Positions 9,570 through 21,012 of a stretch of DNA of 64,000 nucleotides are shown in pieces. Position 1 is the stretch's first letter; each line of letters begins with the position of its first letter. The position numbers and the translations under genes were made by a program. Below the pieces are notes generated by a model. It ran no database searches. It saw nothing but the letters and a program-made list of their open reading frames with translations, and was not told the DNA's origin. Source of the stretch: a virus (lineage: Duplodnaviria > Heunggongvirae > Uroviricota > Caudoviricetes); the IMG/VR virus record IMGVR_UViG_2850773344_000009. One strand, 5' to 3'.

Positions 9570-10368
9570 GAACTTTCAGGTAGGTATTATCGTTAAGCAG
9601 GAAATCAAATCCCTTTTTGTGCCAGACAGTTCCGCGTTGATGGTTTGGACGCTCTTCGAACATCCATCGACAATTTTCGCCTACGTAGCTCAAATAATTT
9701 CTCCAGTCCTGCATCGTGAACCCATGTCCGTCAAGCTGGCGGGTTATCACTCCGGCTTTGCGCCAGAACGTTCGGATCTGGTTTTTACGCTTGTCATTCA
9801 GTGCGCGGATTCTTGGCGCTTCAGGAAGGATTTCGTGGTAAGCATCGACAACATCCTGACAGCTGACGGAAGGTTTTTTCTTGTTAGACTTTTTGTCTGC
9901 TGTGGCACTCTCTAATACGTCAGTATTAGAGATATTATTTATATTATTGTTTATGGACAACCGTTGGACAACCGTTGGACAATTTTTTGCCTGAAAATCG
10001 TCATATTTAACGATTGTAAACAGGCTAAATTTCTTCCCCATCGAGCAAATATTAAGCATCCCTTTCGACTCAAAAGTCCGTAATAAGCTCCGAACTTTGT
10101 TGTCGGGGATGAATGTTTCTCTGACCAGCGACGGGCGTCCAGTTATCATCTGACCGCGATCAACAGTTATCGGACCGATATCCGTATTGACGACAGTAGA
10201 TTCGTGATTAGCCTTGAGGATTAAGTGAAGCCAAAGATGTACTGCCTGAGAGTCCTTATAGAGCCTGCTGTCCATAAACTGGCGGTGTATAGAGACATAC
10301 CCCATACTGGATGCCTCCTGATGTTGTACAGGGTTATGCCTGTAATCAGCTAACTTAACGACGCCCAT
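9544..10368 (-). CDS. Replication initiator (lambda O-like) containing ori iterons
   Basis: 274-aa ORF with AGGAG RBS; iteron repeats and AT-rich tract lie inside the coding region as in lambda O. Confidence 0.7.
   Translation of the reverse strand: MGVVKLADYRHNPVQHQEASSMGYVSIHRQFMDSRLYKDSQAVHLWLHLILKANHESTVVNTDIGPITVDRGQMITGRPSLVRETFIPDNKVRSLLRTFESKGMLNICSMGKKFSLFTIVKYDDFQAKNCPTVVQRLSINNNINNISNTDVLESATADKKSNKKKPSVSCQDVVDAYHEILPEAPRIRALNDKRKNQIRTFWRKAGVITRQLDGHGFTMQDWRNYLSYVGENCRWMFEERPNHQRGTVWHKKGFDFLLNDNTYLKVREGEHDDR
9955..9982. repeat. ori iterons: 11-bp direct repeat GGACAACCGTT x2.5 next to an AT-rich tract (9925-9954)
   Basis: Read directly: ggacaaccgtt ggacaaccgtt ggacaa, preceded by atattatttatattattgtttat. 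Confidence 0.7.
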
Positions 10369-10550
10369 GTTTCACTCCTGCTTTGGCTAGTCTGTAAACA
10401 CCAACAAGGCGCTCTGCGAACGCCCTGTTATTTGCTGCGGCTACCACTAATCCCTCAGGTGAATCAGGGTGTCGAATCTCTTCTTTTTCCTGGTATTTCT
10501 TACGACGTTTTGTCATAATTACTCCCGTGGATTGATCCAGTCTTTCTACA

Positions 10551-10829
10551 TTAGGCCTCGAAGAATTCGCCGTTCTTCGGGGCTTTTTCTTTTGTCAGCA
10601 TTCTGGCTACTTGCTTAGCCAGTTCCGCCAACTCCTCGTCTTCAACACCCCATTCAAGAACAGCCAGAAGCATTCCCATTTTGGGGATGAAGCTGTCTTT
10701 CCATCGCGAAATTTGCGATTCATTAACCCCTAACGCGTCGGCAACCTTTCGCTGACCACGTACAGCAATTCGATTCAGGATGTTGCTTGTAATTGCATTC
10801 GCTTTCTTGCGAGTACTTGTAAGTTGCAT
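10551..10829 (-). CDS. cII: CII-like transcriptional activator
   Basis: From internal Met with AAGGAAAT RBS: ...ADALGVNESQISRWKDSFIPKMGMLLAVLEWGV... matches lambda CII; the track ORF's N-terminal extension is probably untranslated. Confidence 0.8.
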   Translation of the reverse strand: MQLTSTRKKANAITSNILNRIAVRGQRKVADALGVNESQISRWKDSFIPKMGMLLAVLEWGVEDEELAELAKQVARMLTKEKAPKNGEFFEA

Positions 10830-10894
10830 ATGTAAGTATTTCCTTAGATAACAATTGATTGAATGTATGCAAATAAATGCATACACCATAGGTG

Positions 10895-12320
10895 TAATGC
10901 CGATCAGTTAAGGATCAGTTGACCGATCCAGTGGCTGTGTAAGAATCCGGAAACGCTCACTTGTTTCCGGATTTTTTTATGCACATTGGACAGGCTCTTG
11001 ATCTGGTATCCCGTTACGATTCTCTGCGTAACCCACTGACTTCTCTGGGGGATTACCTCGACCCCGAACTCATCTCTCGTTGCCTTGCCGAATCAGGTAC
11101 TGTAACGCTACGCAAGCGCCGTCTTCCCCTCGAAATGATGGTCTGGTGTATTGTTGGCATGGCGCTTGAGCGTAAAGAACCTCTTCACCAGATTGTGAAT
11201 CGCCTGGACATCATGCTGCCGGGCAATCGCCCCTTCGTTGCCCCCAGTGCCGTTATTCAGGCCCGCCAGCGCCTGAGAAGTGAGGCTGTCCGCCGCGTGT
11301 TCACGAAAACAGCGCAGCTCTGGCATAACGCCACGCCGCATCCGCACTGGTGCGGCCTGACCCTGCTGGCCATCGATGGTGTGTTCTGGCGCACACCGGA
11401 TACACCAGAGAACGATGCAGCCTTCCCCCGCCAGACACATGCCGGGAACCCGGCGCTCTACCCGCAGGTCAAAATGGTCTGCCAGATGGAACTGACCAGC
11501 CATCTGCTGACGGCTGCAGCCTTCGGCACGATGAAGAACAGCGAAAATGAGCTTGCTGAGCAACTTATAGAACAAACCGGCGATAACACTCTGACGTTAA
11601 TGGATAAAGGTTATTACTCACTGGGACTGTTAAATGGCTGGAGCCTGGCGGGAGAACACCGCCACTGGATGATACCTCTCAGAAAGGGAGCGCAATATGA
11701 AGAGCTCAGAAAACTGGGTAAAGGCGATCATCTGGTGAAGCTGAAAACCAGCCCGCAGGCACGAAAAAAGTGGCCGGGACTGGGAAATGAAGTGACAGCC
11801 CGCCTGCTGACCGTGACGCGCAAAGGAAAAGTCTGCCATCTGCTGACGTCGATGACGGACGCCATGCGCTTCCCCGGAGGAGAAATGGCGGATCTGTACA
11901 GTAATCGCTGGGAAATCGAACTGGGATACAGGGAGATAAAACAGACGATGCAACTGAGCAGGCTGACGCTGAGAAGTAAAAAGCCGGAGCTTGTGGAGCA
12001 AGAGCTGTGGGGTGTCTTACTGGCTTATAATCTGGTGAGATATCAGATGATTAAAATGGCGGAACATCTGAAAGGTTACTGGCCGAATCAACTGAGTTTC
12101 TCAGAATCATGCGGAATGGTGATGAGAATGCTGATGACATTGCAGGGCGCTTCACCGGGACGTATACCGGAGCTGATGCGCGATCTTGCAAGTATGGGAC
12201 AACTTGTGAAATTACCGACGAGAAGGGGAAGGGCCTTCCCGAGAGTGGTAAAGGAGAGGCCCTGGAAATACCCCACAGCCCCGAAAAAGAGCCAGTCAGT
12301 TGCTTAACTGACTGGCATTA
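10895..12320 (+). mobile_element. IS4, complete 1426-bp copy with 13-bp target-site duplication TACACCATAGGTG
   Basis: Terminal inverted repeats TAATGCCGATCAG / CTGACTGGCATTA; identical 13-mers at 10882-10894 and 12321-12333. Confidence 0.9.
10961..12307 (+). CDS. IS4 transposase
   Basis: 448-aa ORF spanning almost the whole element, matching IS4 transposase as recalled. Confidence 0.85.
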   Translation: MFPDFFMHIGQALDLVSRYDSLRNPLTSLGDYLDPELISRCLAESGTVTLRKRRLPLEMMVWCIVGMALERKEPLHQIVNRLDIMLPGNRPFVAPSAVIQARQRLRSEAVRRVFTKTAQLWHNATPHPHWCGLTLLAIDGVFWRTPDTPENDAAFPRQTHAGNPALYPQVKMVCQMELTSHLLTAAAFGTMKNSENELAEQLIEQTGDNTLTLMDKGYYSLGLLNGWSLAGEHRHWMIPLRKGAQYEELRKLGKGDHLVKLKTSPQARKKWPGLGNEVTARLLTVTRKGKVCHLLTSMTDAMRFPGGEMADLYSNRWEIELGYREIKQTMQLSRLTLRSKKPELVEQELWGVLLAYNLVRYQMIKMAEHLKGYWPNQLSFSESCGMVMRMLMTLQGASPGRIPELMRDLASMGQLVKLPTRRGRAFPRVVKERPWKYPTAPKKSQSVA

Positions 12321-12347
12321 TACACCATAGGTGTGGTTTAATTTGAT

Positions 12348-12379
12348 GCCCTTTTTCAGGGCTGGGATGTGTAAGAGCG
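12348..12379 (-). promoter_or_regulatory. nutR (boxA CGCTCTTACA and boxB GCCCTGAAAAAGGGC)
   Basis: Exact lambda-type boxA and boxB hairpin on the minus strand just downstream of cro; IS4 abuts it. Confidence 0.75.
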
Positions 12380-12387
12380 GGAATGTC

Positions 12388-13740
<1,353 letters not shown>

Positions 13741-13790
13741 TCCTCACCTCGATTTCGACAGCCAAAAAACAAACTATTTTCCGTTTAAAA

Positions 13791-13858
13791 ACAATGGAGT
13801 TTGTTTTTCATGCCTATTTTTACAATATTTCTTGTTTGCAGCACACAATCTTTCTTGT
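13791..13858. promoter_or_regulatory. Left operators OL3-OL2-OL1 (434-type) with pL
   Basis: acaatggagtttgt, acaatatttcttgt, acaatctttcttgt upstream of nutL and N. Confidence 0.7.
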
Positions 13859-13902
13859 AATTTTAAGCCATCAGCAGGACGCACTAACCACCATTGAAGG
13901 TG

Positions 13903-13934
13903 AGGCTCTTAAAAATTTAGCCCTGAAGAAGGGC
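13903..13934 (+). promoter_or_regulatory. nutL (boxA-like GCTCTTAAAAATTTA, boxB GCCCTGAAGAAGGGC)
   Basis: Lambda nutL boxB hairpin read directly, ~110 nt upstream of N. Confidence 0.75.
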
Positions 13935-14044
13935 AGCATTCAAAGCAGAAAGCTTTGAGTAGCGCGAAATGCAGCTGCAAGACAGCAACCGTGGAGATAA
14001 GCATCACGGCGCGTTACTCAAAGCTAACTGACAGGAGAATCCAG

Positions 14045-14368
14045 ATGGATGCACAAACACGCCGCCGCGAACGTCGCGCAGAGAAACAGGCTCAATGGAA
14101 AGCAGCAAATCCCCTGTTGGTTGGGGTAAGCGCAAAACCAGTTAACCGCCCTATTCTCTCGCTGAATCGCAAACCGAAATCACGAGTAGAAAGCGCACTG
14201 AATCCGATAGACCTTACGGTGCTGGCTGAATACCACGAACAGATTGAAAGCAACCTGCAACGTATTGAGCGCAAGAATCAGCGCACATGGTACAGCAAGC
14301 CTGGCGAACGCGGCATAACATGCAGTGGACGCCAGAAAATTAAGGGAAAATCGATTCCTCTTACCTAG
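14045..14368 (+). CDS. N: Antiterminator N
   Basis: 107-aa ORF from internal Met MDAQTRRRERRAEKQAQWKAANPLL... near-identical to lambda N (ARM motif). Confidence 0.9.
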   Translation: MDAQTRRRERRAEKQAQWKAANPLLVGVSAKPVNRPILSLNRKPKSRVESALNPIDLTVLAEYHEQIESNLQRIERKNQRTWYSKPGERGITCSGRQKIKGKSIPLT

Positions 14369-14923
14369 TTACTTAGATATTGGCCTTGGCTTTATCTCAA
14401 TATTATATGGATCATAGCTGGCAACTAATTCAGTCCAGTAAATATCCTCAATAGGGAATAATATATGCTTCCCGTTCCATCGGGAAAAAGTTTTGTTCAA
14501 CACACCAAGCTCAATCAACTCACTAATGTATGGGAATTGTTTTGATGTAACCACATACTTCCTGCCTTCATTAAGGGCTGCGCACAAAACCATAGATTGC
14601 TCTTCTGTAAGGTTTTGAATTACTGATCGCACTTTATCGTTTTGCATCTTAATGCGTTTTCTTAGCTTAAATCGCTTATATCTGGCGCTGGCAATAGCTG
14701 ATAATCGATGCACATTAATTGCTAGCGAAAATGCAAGAGCAAAAACGAAAACATGCCACACATGAGGAATACCGATTCTCTCATTAACATATTCAGGCCA
14801 GTTATCTGGGCTTAAAAGCAGAAGTCCAACCCAGATAACGATCATATACATGGTTCTCTCCAGAGGTTCATTACTGAACACTCGTCCGAGAATAACGAGT
14901 GGATCCATTTCTATACTCATCAA
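14369..14923 (-). CDS. sieB: Superinfection exclusion protein SieB-like membrane protein
   Basis: 184-aa ORF with N-terminal TM segments, abutting N on the opposite strand, same size and position as lambda sieB as recalled. Confidence 0.6.
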   Translation of the reverse strand: MMSIEMDPLVILGRVFSNEPLERTMYMIVIWVGLLLLSPDNWPEYVNERIGIPHVWHVFVFALAFSLAINVHRLSAIASARYKRFKLRKRIKMQNDKVRSVIQNLTEEQSMVLCAALNEGRKYVVTSKQFPYISELIELGVLNKTFSRWNGKHILFPIEDIYWTELVASYDPYNIEIKPRPISK

Positions 14924-15117
14924 ACTGTAGGGGTTGTAATAGTTTATCCGATTTCTCGCTGTAGGGGTACACGAGAACCACCGAGCCTGATGTGGTTAAA
15001 AGACAGGCACAATCTTTACTACCGCAATCCACTATTTAAGGTGATATATGGAAGAAGAATTTGAAGAGTTCGAAGAGCATCCGCAGGATGTAATGGAACA
15101 GTACCAGGACTATCCGT

Positions 15118-15303
15118 ATGACTACGACTATTGATAAGAATCAATGGTGTGGACAATTCAAGCGATGCAATGGATGCAAGCTGCAATCGGAATGCATGGT
15201 TAAGCCTGAAGAAATGTTTCCTGTAATGGAAGATGGGAAATATGTCGATAAATGGGCAATACGAACGACGGCAATGATTGCCAGAGAACTTGGTTAACAG
15301 AAC
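15118..15303 (+). CDS. ral: Ral (restriction alleviation) protein, possibly shortened at the C-terminus
   Basis: Hand translation: MTTTIDKNQWCGQFKRCNGCKLQSECMVKPEEMFPVMEDGKYVDKWAIRTTAMIARELG; below the ORF-track length cutoff. Confidence 0.55.
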
Positions 15304-15604
15304 AACAAAGCTGCCTGATAGTGGCCTTTATTTTTGGCATAAATAACAGAATAAACACTGCACTGTGTATTCATTCCAACGAGTGAATACACGGAGCAAT
15401 GTCGCTCGTAACTAAACAGGAGCCGACTTGTTCTGATTATTGGAAATCTTCTTTGCCCTCCAATGTGAGGGCCTTTTTATATGCATACCAATAACGCTTC
15501 ACTCGAGGCGTTTTCGTTATGCAATCAAACAGAAGGAGCATCCTATGCAACAGTTCGCTATTGCAGGGGCGGCATCGGTTCGCCCTTTCGGTAATGACTC
15601 CAAC

Positions 15605-16108
15605 TTACTGATAGTGTTTTATGTTCAGATAATGCCCGATGACCTTGTCATGCAGCTCCACCGATTTTGAGAACGACAGTGACTTCCGTCCCAGCCTTGC
15701 CAGATGTTGTCTCAGATTCAGATTATGTCGCTCAATGCGCTGAGTGTAACGCTTGCTGATAACGTGCAGCTTTCCCTTCAGGCGTGATTCATACAGCGGC
15801 CAGCCATCCGTCATCCATACCACGACCTCAAAGGCCGACAGCAGGCTCAGAAGACGCTCCAGTGTGGCCAGAGTGCGTTCACCGAAGACGTGCGCCACAA
15901 CCGTCCTCCGTATCCTGTCATACGCGTAAAACAGCCAGCGCTGACGTGATTTAGCACCGACGTAGCCCCAATGTTCGTCCATTTCAGCGCAGACAATCAC
16001 ATCACTGCCCGGTTGTATGCGCGAGGTTACCGACTGCGGCCTGAGTTTTTTAAGTGACGTAAAACCGTGTTGAGGCCAACGCCCATAATGCGTGCACTGG
16101 CGCGACAT
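15605..16108 (-). CDS. insB: IS1 InsB (transposase via InsAB' frameshift)
   Basis: 167-aa ORF matching IS1 InsB. Confidence 0.9.
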   Translation of the reverse strand: MSRQCTHYGRWPQHGFTSLKKLRPQSVTSRIQPGSDVIVCAEMDEHWGYVGAKSRQRWLFYAYDRIRRTVVAHVFGERTLATLERLLSLLSAFEVVVWMTDGWPLYESRLKGKLHVISKRYTQRIERHNLNLRQHLARLGRKSLSFSKSVELHDKVIGHYLNIKHYQ

Positions 16109-16302
16109 CCGACGCCATTCATGGCCATATCAATGATTTTCTGGTGCGTACCGGGCTGAGAGGCGGTGTAAGTGAACTGTAGTTGCCATGTTTTACGGCA
16201 ATGAGAGCAGAGATAGCGCTGATGTCCGGCAGTGCTTTTGCCGTTACGCACCACGCCTTCAGTAGCGGAGCAGGAAGGACATCTGATGGAAATGGAAGCC
16301 AC
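16027..16302 (-). CDS. insA: IS1 InsA
   Basis: 91-aa [54 protein letters not shown]... Confidence 0.9.
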   Translation of the reverse strand: MASISIRCPSCSATEGVVRNGKSTAGHQRYLCSHCRKTWQLQFTYTASQPGTHQKIIDMAMNGVGCRASARIMGVGLNTVLRHLKNSGRSR

Positions 16303-16573
16303 GCAAGCACCTTAAAATCACCATCATACACTAAATCAGTAAGTTGGCAGCATTACCCGCCCTTTCAACCCGATTTTATCGGTACAGCATTCACGAAAAA
16401 ATATTTTAACCGGAGCAGACTTTAAACAACCAAGAATGAAAAGTTTGCTCGAAAAGCTTTGGGATATTTTGAAACAACAAGGCCGTCCATGAGTTTTACA
16501 GATAACTGGTCAGACGAAGAATTCATTCGTCAGATGAACAAAATGCTCAATCAGCACAAAGAACAGGAGAAAG

Positions 16574-16885
16574 ATGATGATTCTGACTCTGAATGATAAG
16601 CGTGAAATATCGCAAATAATCGCAAGTTTTACTGATGAAGATTACGAACGAATCAACAGTGAAGTTGATCGCCTCTGCAAACGTTGCGACCCAATAAGCG
16701 AAATGCTTCGCTCATATAAGCCAGATGAACACACTAAGGACGCTATCGACTGGCTGGAAGATGATGACTGTAACTATCAGGAAAAAGCCGCTGAATGGTT
16801 CTGGGATGCAATAACCGAAAGAGTTAAGGCTGAATATGCCTTCGCAATATTCAAACGCAGACATATTTATGGAGAAGCTGCATGA
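16574..16885 (+). CDS. Hypothetical early-left protein (acidic)
   Basis: 103-aa ORF upstream of recT in the pL operon, at the position occupied by kil/ea10 in lambda. Confidence 0.4.
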   Translation: MMILTLNDKREISQIIASFTDEDYERINSEVDRLCKRCDPISEMLRSYKPDEHTKDAIDWLEDDDCNYQEKAAEWFWDAITERVKAEYAFAIFKRRHIYGEAA

Positions 16886-17784
16886 GCAATATCGTTGAAT
16901 TCGTTAAACAGCAAGAGCAGTTATTCTGCGGAGCATTGACTGAACAGACGGTGACATGGGCTAAGGAAAGCCAGTTTGCAATTCAGTATTTCCAGAAAAA
17001 TGATTACCTGGCTAAAACGGCACTGGCAAATCCAACCAGCGCACAGAACGCCATCATCAATGTTGCGGCGATCGGCATCACCTTAAACCCGGCCAGCAAA
17101 CTGGCTTATCTGGTTCCTCGCGACGGCATGGTGTGCCTTGATATCAGTTACATGGGATTACTTCATCTTGCGCAATCGACAGGATCAATTAAGTGGGGGC
17201 AATGCAAACTGGTGTACTCAAACGACACCTATGAATCAAATGGCCTTGATTCAGCACCAACCCACAAATACAACGCATTTGGTGAGCGAGGCTCTATTGT
17301 TGGAGGTTATTGCACGGTTAAAACAGCAGATGGTGACTACCTGACTGAAGAAATGAGTCTGGCAGAAATTAAAGCTGTGGAAGCAACGAGCAAGGCAAAG
17401 AATGGACCGTGGAAAACATTCTGGGAAGAGATGGCGCGTAAAACAATAATTAAACGCGCCAGCAAATACTGGCCTAAAGCCCAGCGACTGGATAATGCCA
17501 TTCACCTGCTTAACGAAGATGAAGGTATGCATCAGGAACCAGTTATGCCGCACAAATCAGAGGAAGATATCCGCGAAGATGAACGGAAACGCCAGCAGGA
17601 AATAATGGATAAAGCACAACTTCTTTGCGATGAAATGGCTCAGGCAGAAAACATGGATGATTTGAAGCGATATTTTGCAGAAGCATATCGCCTGACATCT
17701 GGAATGAAATTGCAGCAGAACGTACAAGCCATTTACATAGAATGCAAAGCGAAACTGGAGGTTGCCAGTGAGCAAACTGTATGA
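16882..17784 (+). CDS. recT: RecT-family single-strand annealing recombinase
   Basis: 300-aa ORF with RecT motif ...NGPWKTFWEEMARKTIIKRASKYWP... Confidence 0.8.
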   Translation: MSNIVEFVKQQEQLFCGALTEQTVTWAKESQFAIQYFQKNDYLAKTALANPTSAQNAIINVAAIGITLNPASKLAYLVPRDGMVCLDISYMGLLHLAQSTGSIKWGQCKLVYSNDTYESNGLDSAPTHKYNAFGERGSIVGGYCTVKTADGDYLTEEMSLAEIKAVEATSKAKNGPWKTFWEEMARKTIIKRASKYWPKAQRLDNAIHLLNEDEGMHQEPVMPHKSEEDIREDERKRQQEIMDKAQLLCDEMAQAENMDDLKRYFAEAYRLTSGMKLQQNVQAIYIECKAKLEVASEQTV

Positions 17785-18250
17785 AATTGCCAATGAATAC
17801 GCAAAATTGATGGATTCAGATTTAGAACCAGAGATGATTGCTGACACAATAGAAGGCATGGAAGGAGAATTTACCGATAAAATAGAGCAACTTCTTTCCG
17901 TCATTAAAAATGAAACTGGTTATGCTGAACGCCTCAAGGAAGAGGCAAAGTCACTAAATGAGCGAGCCGCAGTAATTCAAAATAAGATTAACAGCATTAT
18001 GGCGTATATAGCGTCATCGCTTGAAATGGTTGGCAAGAAAAAGATTCGAGCAGGTATTCACCAGGTAACAATCCGCAAATCGTCAGAAACTGTAGAAATC
18101 TTCGACTCAAGCGCCCTTCCTCCTGAATACGTTGAGTTCGAAACGACAATTAAACCCGACAAGTTGGCAATCAAGCACCAACTAAAAGCAGGAATAAATA
18201 TCCCAGGCGCTCAACTCAAGGTTGGGAAACCTTCACTTCTTATCAAATAA
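17762..18250 (+). CDS. Siphovirus Gp157-like protein
   Basis: 162-aa coiled-coil protein immediately after recT; family assignment from recalled similarity only. Confidence 0.4.
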   Translation: MPVSKLYEIANEYAKLMDSDLEPEMIADTIEGMEGEFTDKIEQLLSVIKNETGYAERLKEEAKSLNERAAVIQNKINSIMAYIASSLEMVGKKKIRAGIHQVTIRKSSETVEIFDSSALPPEYVEFETTIKPDKLAIKHQLKAGINIPGAQLKVGKPSLLIK

Positions 18251-18261
18251 CGGTATCGCCT

Positions 18262-18576
18262 ATGAAAAAGACTCCATGGGAGAAATGGGAAGTCGATTTC
18301 TTACGCGAAGTAGCGGCGACAATGCCAGTTGAAGTTATCGCTGAAAAACTGGAAAGGACTGAAAAAGCAGTAATGGCGAAAGCAACAAGGATTGGCGCTG
18401 ACATTGTTAGCCGACTTCGTGGAAGACGATGGACAAGAGCCGAAGTATCACTTTTCGGTAAGTTCTCCGCAGAAGAAATAGCAATTGCAACCTGCCGCTC
18501 AATTTATTCAGTAAGAGCTATGCGATACAAGCTAAAAAAACTCGATGAAGAAAGAGCAGGCATACAAATAAATTAA
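18262..18576 (+). CDS. Hypothetical protein
   Basis: 104-aa ORF in the early-left operon. Confidence 0.4.
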   Translation: MKKTPWEKWEVDFLREVAATMPVEVIAEKLERTEKAVMAKATRIGADIVSRLRGRRWTRAEVSLFGKFSAEEIAIATCRSIYSVRAMRYKLKKLDEERAGIQIN

Positions 18577-18800
18577 CAAAGAGGAATTAATCATGAGAAG
18601 ACTTGCATACAATCCCGGCATTCTTCCGGCAGAAATGATTATTCGCCAACGCGTAAAGCCAATGCCATCGAGAGAGGAATTGCTTAAAAGAAATTCTTTT
18701 CCTTCAGTGAATCAAAACAAATATCTGAATGCGATGTGGCGGAGTGGGAAGAAATGAAACAAATGTCACTAATTGAGATGGATGGTTTTCTGAAAGGTAA

Positions 18801-19214
18801 ATGCATCCCCGAGATTTAAAGGTGAACGAAACAAACACTGAATATCTGGTGCGTAAGTTCGGTGAACTTGAATCAAAACTGGAAACGGCGTTGCGGGAGT
18901 GTCGTTCTGCTGGAATCACGATTGATAACCTTGAGGCTAAATGCGCGAAGATGGCTGCTGAAAATACCTCACTTAAGCAATCTGAGAAGGAATTTAATGA
19001 CTTTTGTCGTGAGGAGTTTAGCGAATGGGAAGATGATGTTACTGAAACCCCAGCCACCGACGCTTTCCTGGCTGAAATTGAACGCAAAGCAATCCGCAAG
19101 TTCATTAACAGCATTGAACACATCCTGCGTGACAAGTTGTCACCGTATGACACCGAAGAGATGCTTGAGGCTATGCGTATTTTTCTGGAAGAACAGAGTG
19201 GTGAGCAAAAATGA
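18801..19214 (+). CDS. Hypothetical protein (acidic, coiled coil)
   Basis: 137-aa ORF; preferred over the overlapping Ser-rich antisense ORF 18704..19228. Confidence 0.4.
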   Translation: MHPRDLKVNETNTEYLVRKFGELESKLETALRECRSAGITIDNLEAKCAKMAAENTSLKQSEKEFNDFCREEFSEWEDDVTETPATDAFLAEIERKAIRKFINSIEHILRDKLSPYDTEEMLEAMRIFLEEQSGEQK

Positions 19215-19528
19215 CAATCACAAAACAACGGTTAGAAGAAATCATATCCCGCATTGAAATGTATGGACATGGTGCAGGGTATACCGCTGACGAGGTTTAT
19301 GACCTGGCTGTACTGGCGCTGAATTTATCAAATATCGCAAACCTGAAGCGATACGAGCTTGATATGGATGGTTGTGACTCGTTCGGTCAGGATTGTGGCG
19401 CTGACATGACTGAAGATTCTGATGGCGATTATGTCCTGTTTGATGACGTGGTTAAGTTGTTTGAGTTTGATACAACCACTCAGAAGTTAGAAGGCCAAGC
19501 AAAGGAGACAACCAGTGAGCAAGATTGA
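19211..19528 (+). CDS. Hypothetical acidic protein
   Basis: 105-aa ORF, translationally coupled. Confidence 0.4.
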   Translation: MTITKQRLEEIISRIEMYGHGAGYTADEVYDLAVLALNLSNIANLKRYELDMDGCDSFGQDCGADMTEDSDGDYVLFDDVVKLFEFDTTTQKLEGQAKETTSEQD

Positions 19529-20171
19529 CTATCAGGCACTGCGTGAGGCGGCAGAGAAGGCAACGTGGGGAGACTGGGACTCATATAAACCACACCGTGG
19601 CGCACGTGGTTATGAGGTCCGACTAAGTAGTCAGGCCATTGCGCAACACGTTCTGAAAAACAACGCTGAATTTATTGCTGCCTTTAATCCAAAGATTGCT
19701 TTGGCACTACTGGATGAACGGGAAAGGAACCAGCAATACATCAAATCCCGCGACCAGGAGAACGAGGATATTGCGCTAACGGTAGGGAAGCTGCGCGTTG
19801 AGCTGGAAGGCAAAGACAGCAAAATAGCCAATCTTACCGCCGAACGCGATGCTCTTCGTGAAGGTGAGATGGGCGACGCTAGGTATAGCAACACACGGGC
19901 CGCAGCTGATATCTACTTCCAACTGGTCGAGGAGTGCGAAATTCCTGCTGGCGGTTCTCTGGTCGAGTACGTTGACGATATGCGCGAGAAGCTGGAATCC
20001 GCAGAGAAGCGCATAGCAGAACTGGAGGAGCGGGAAATACTGCTCCCGGAACGTAGCAGCATGCTTCATCGAACAGATTTTCACGAGGATTACCAAACGG
20101 TAATGGCATACAAAGTTTCTGAAGTCATCGATGCAATCCGCGCTACTGGCATTCGCATCAAAGGAGAGTGA
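19515..20171 (+). CDS. Ea22-like early protein
   Basis: 218-aa ORF with central coiled coil; resembles the Ea22 family of lambdoid prophages (low certainty). Confidence 0.4.
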   Translation: MSKIDYQALREAAEKATWGDWDSYKPHRGARGYEVRLSSQAIAQHVLKNNAEFIAAFNPKIALALLDERERNQQYIKSRDQENEDIALTVGKLRVELEGKDSKIANLTAERDALREGEMGDARYSNTRAAADIYFQLVEECEIPAGGSLVEYVDDMREKLESAEKRIAELEEREILLPERSSMLHRTDFHEDYQTVMAYKVSEVIDAIRATGIRIKGE

Positions 20172-21012
20172 GATGACCACTATTACCAAAGAGCGACTAC
20201 TGACAATCAAGCAGTGGCGCGAAACATACGGACCTGGTAGCAACGTTGTACTGCCAGCAGAAGAAGCGGAAGAACTGGCACGAATTGCACTGGCATCGCT
20301 GGAAGCAGAGCCAGTTGCTTATATTTTCAAACATCCGGCCGGGAAATTATTCTGGGCTTTAACGGATGAAAGCAATAAAGAGCAAGCGGACGTTATTCCT
20401 GTTTATGCTGCCGCGCCTGCGTCGGTTGTGCCGGATAATGCATCAGAGCCTCTCGCTTATGCTTACAAAGAGCTTACGCCTGAGATTATGCGCAACCATT
20501 TAGCTGTATTCGAGCGATATGGAATAGCCCCAAACGATAGCTCTACCACAATTCAGGCACTACGAATCGCGCTGGATGGCATAGAGCGGAGCGACGCCAT
20601 GCTTCATGGTGCCGAACCTGTAAGCCAAACTTACAAGTTGCCTCCCCTGTCATCCAACGAAGTAAACGACGCGGCATGGAAATTACACAACATGCTGACT
20701 GAACATGGCCCGCTAAATGGGCGTCAGTTCAACAATCTGAAAGGTTGCTTCTATGAGGCATTAAAGGTCGCAATGCGCAACTATCCGGTAACTCCGGATG
20801 GTTGGATAAGCTGTAGTGAGCGAATGCCGGAAGACACCAAAATGTTACTGGCATTTAGTCAAGGTCAAATAGTGGCAGCATATTGGAACTGGGTAATGAG
20901 TCCAATTGATTACAAAAAATATAGAGCTTTCACATATTTATCAGGAAATATCTTGGATGACGTAACCCACTGGATGCCGCTGCTAGAACCGCCGGAGCAG
21001 GATGGTGAATGA
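20131..21012 (+). CDS. DUF551-domain protein
   Basis: C-terminal ISCSERMPED...THWMPL motif typical of DUF551 proteins in lambdoid early regions. Confidence 0.5.
   Translation: MQSALLAFASKESEMTTITKERLLTIKQWRETYGPGSNVVLPAEEAEELARIALASLEAEPVAYIFKHPAGKLFWALTDESNKEQADVIPVYAAAPASVVPDNASEPLAYAYKELTPEIMRNHLAVFERYGIAPNDSSTTIQALRIALDGIERSDAMLHGAEPVSQTYKLPPLSSNEVNDAAWKLHNMLTEHGPLNGRQFNNLKGCFYEALKVAMRNYPVTPDGWISCSERMPEDTKMLLAFSQGQIVAAYWNWVMSPIDYKKYRAFTYLSGNILDDVTHWMPLLEPPEQDGE

Larger units (their letters stand above)
15589..16357 (-). mobile_element. IS1, complete copy with 9-bp target-site duplication CGCCCTTTC
   Basis: InsA and InsB ORFs; termini GGTAATGACTCCAACTTA; identical 9-mers flank the element. 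Confidence 0.9.
15544..16492 (+). pseudogene. cIII: cIII-like gene interrupted by IS1 after codon 15
   Basis: MQQFAIAGAASVRPF | IS1 | NPILSVQHSRK...LLEKLWDILKQQGRP; resembles lambda CIII (MQYAIAG...LIDILNQPGVP). Confidence 0.55.

Noticed and set aside
9955..9982. Short direct repeats considered as a possible CRISPR array
   Set aside because: Only 2.5 copies of an 11-bp unit without spacers, lying inside a replication initiator gene next to an AT-rich tract; these are origin iterons.
10830..10889. N-terminal 20-residue extension of the cII ORF
   Set aside because: The extension has no ribosome-binding site and runs to the IS4 junction; an internal Met with a good RBS gives the canonical CII length.
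18704..19228. 174-aa minus-strand ORF overlapping the plus-strand early-left genes
   Set aside because: Ser-rich low-complexity translation on the antisense strand of a coherent plus-strand operon; judged a spurious antisense ORF.
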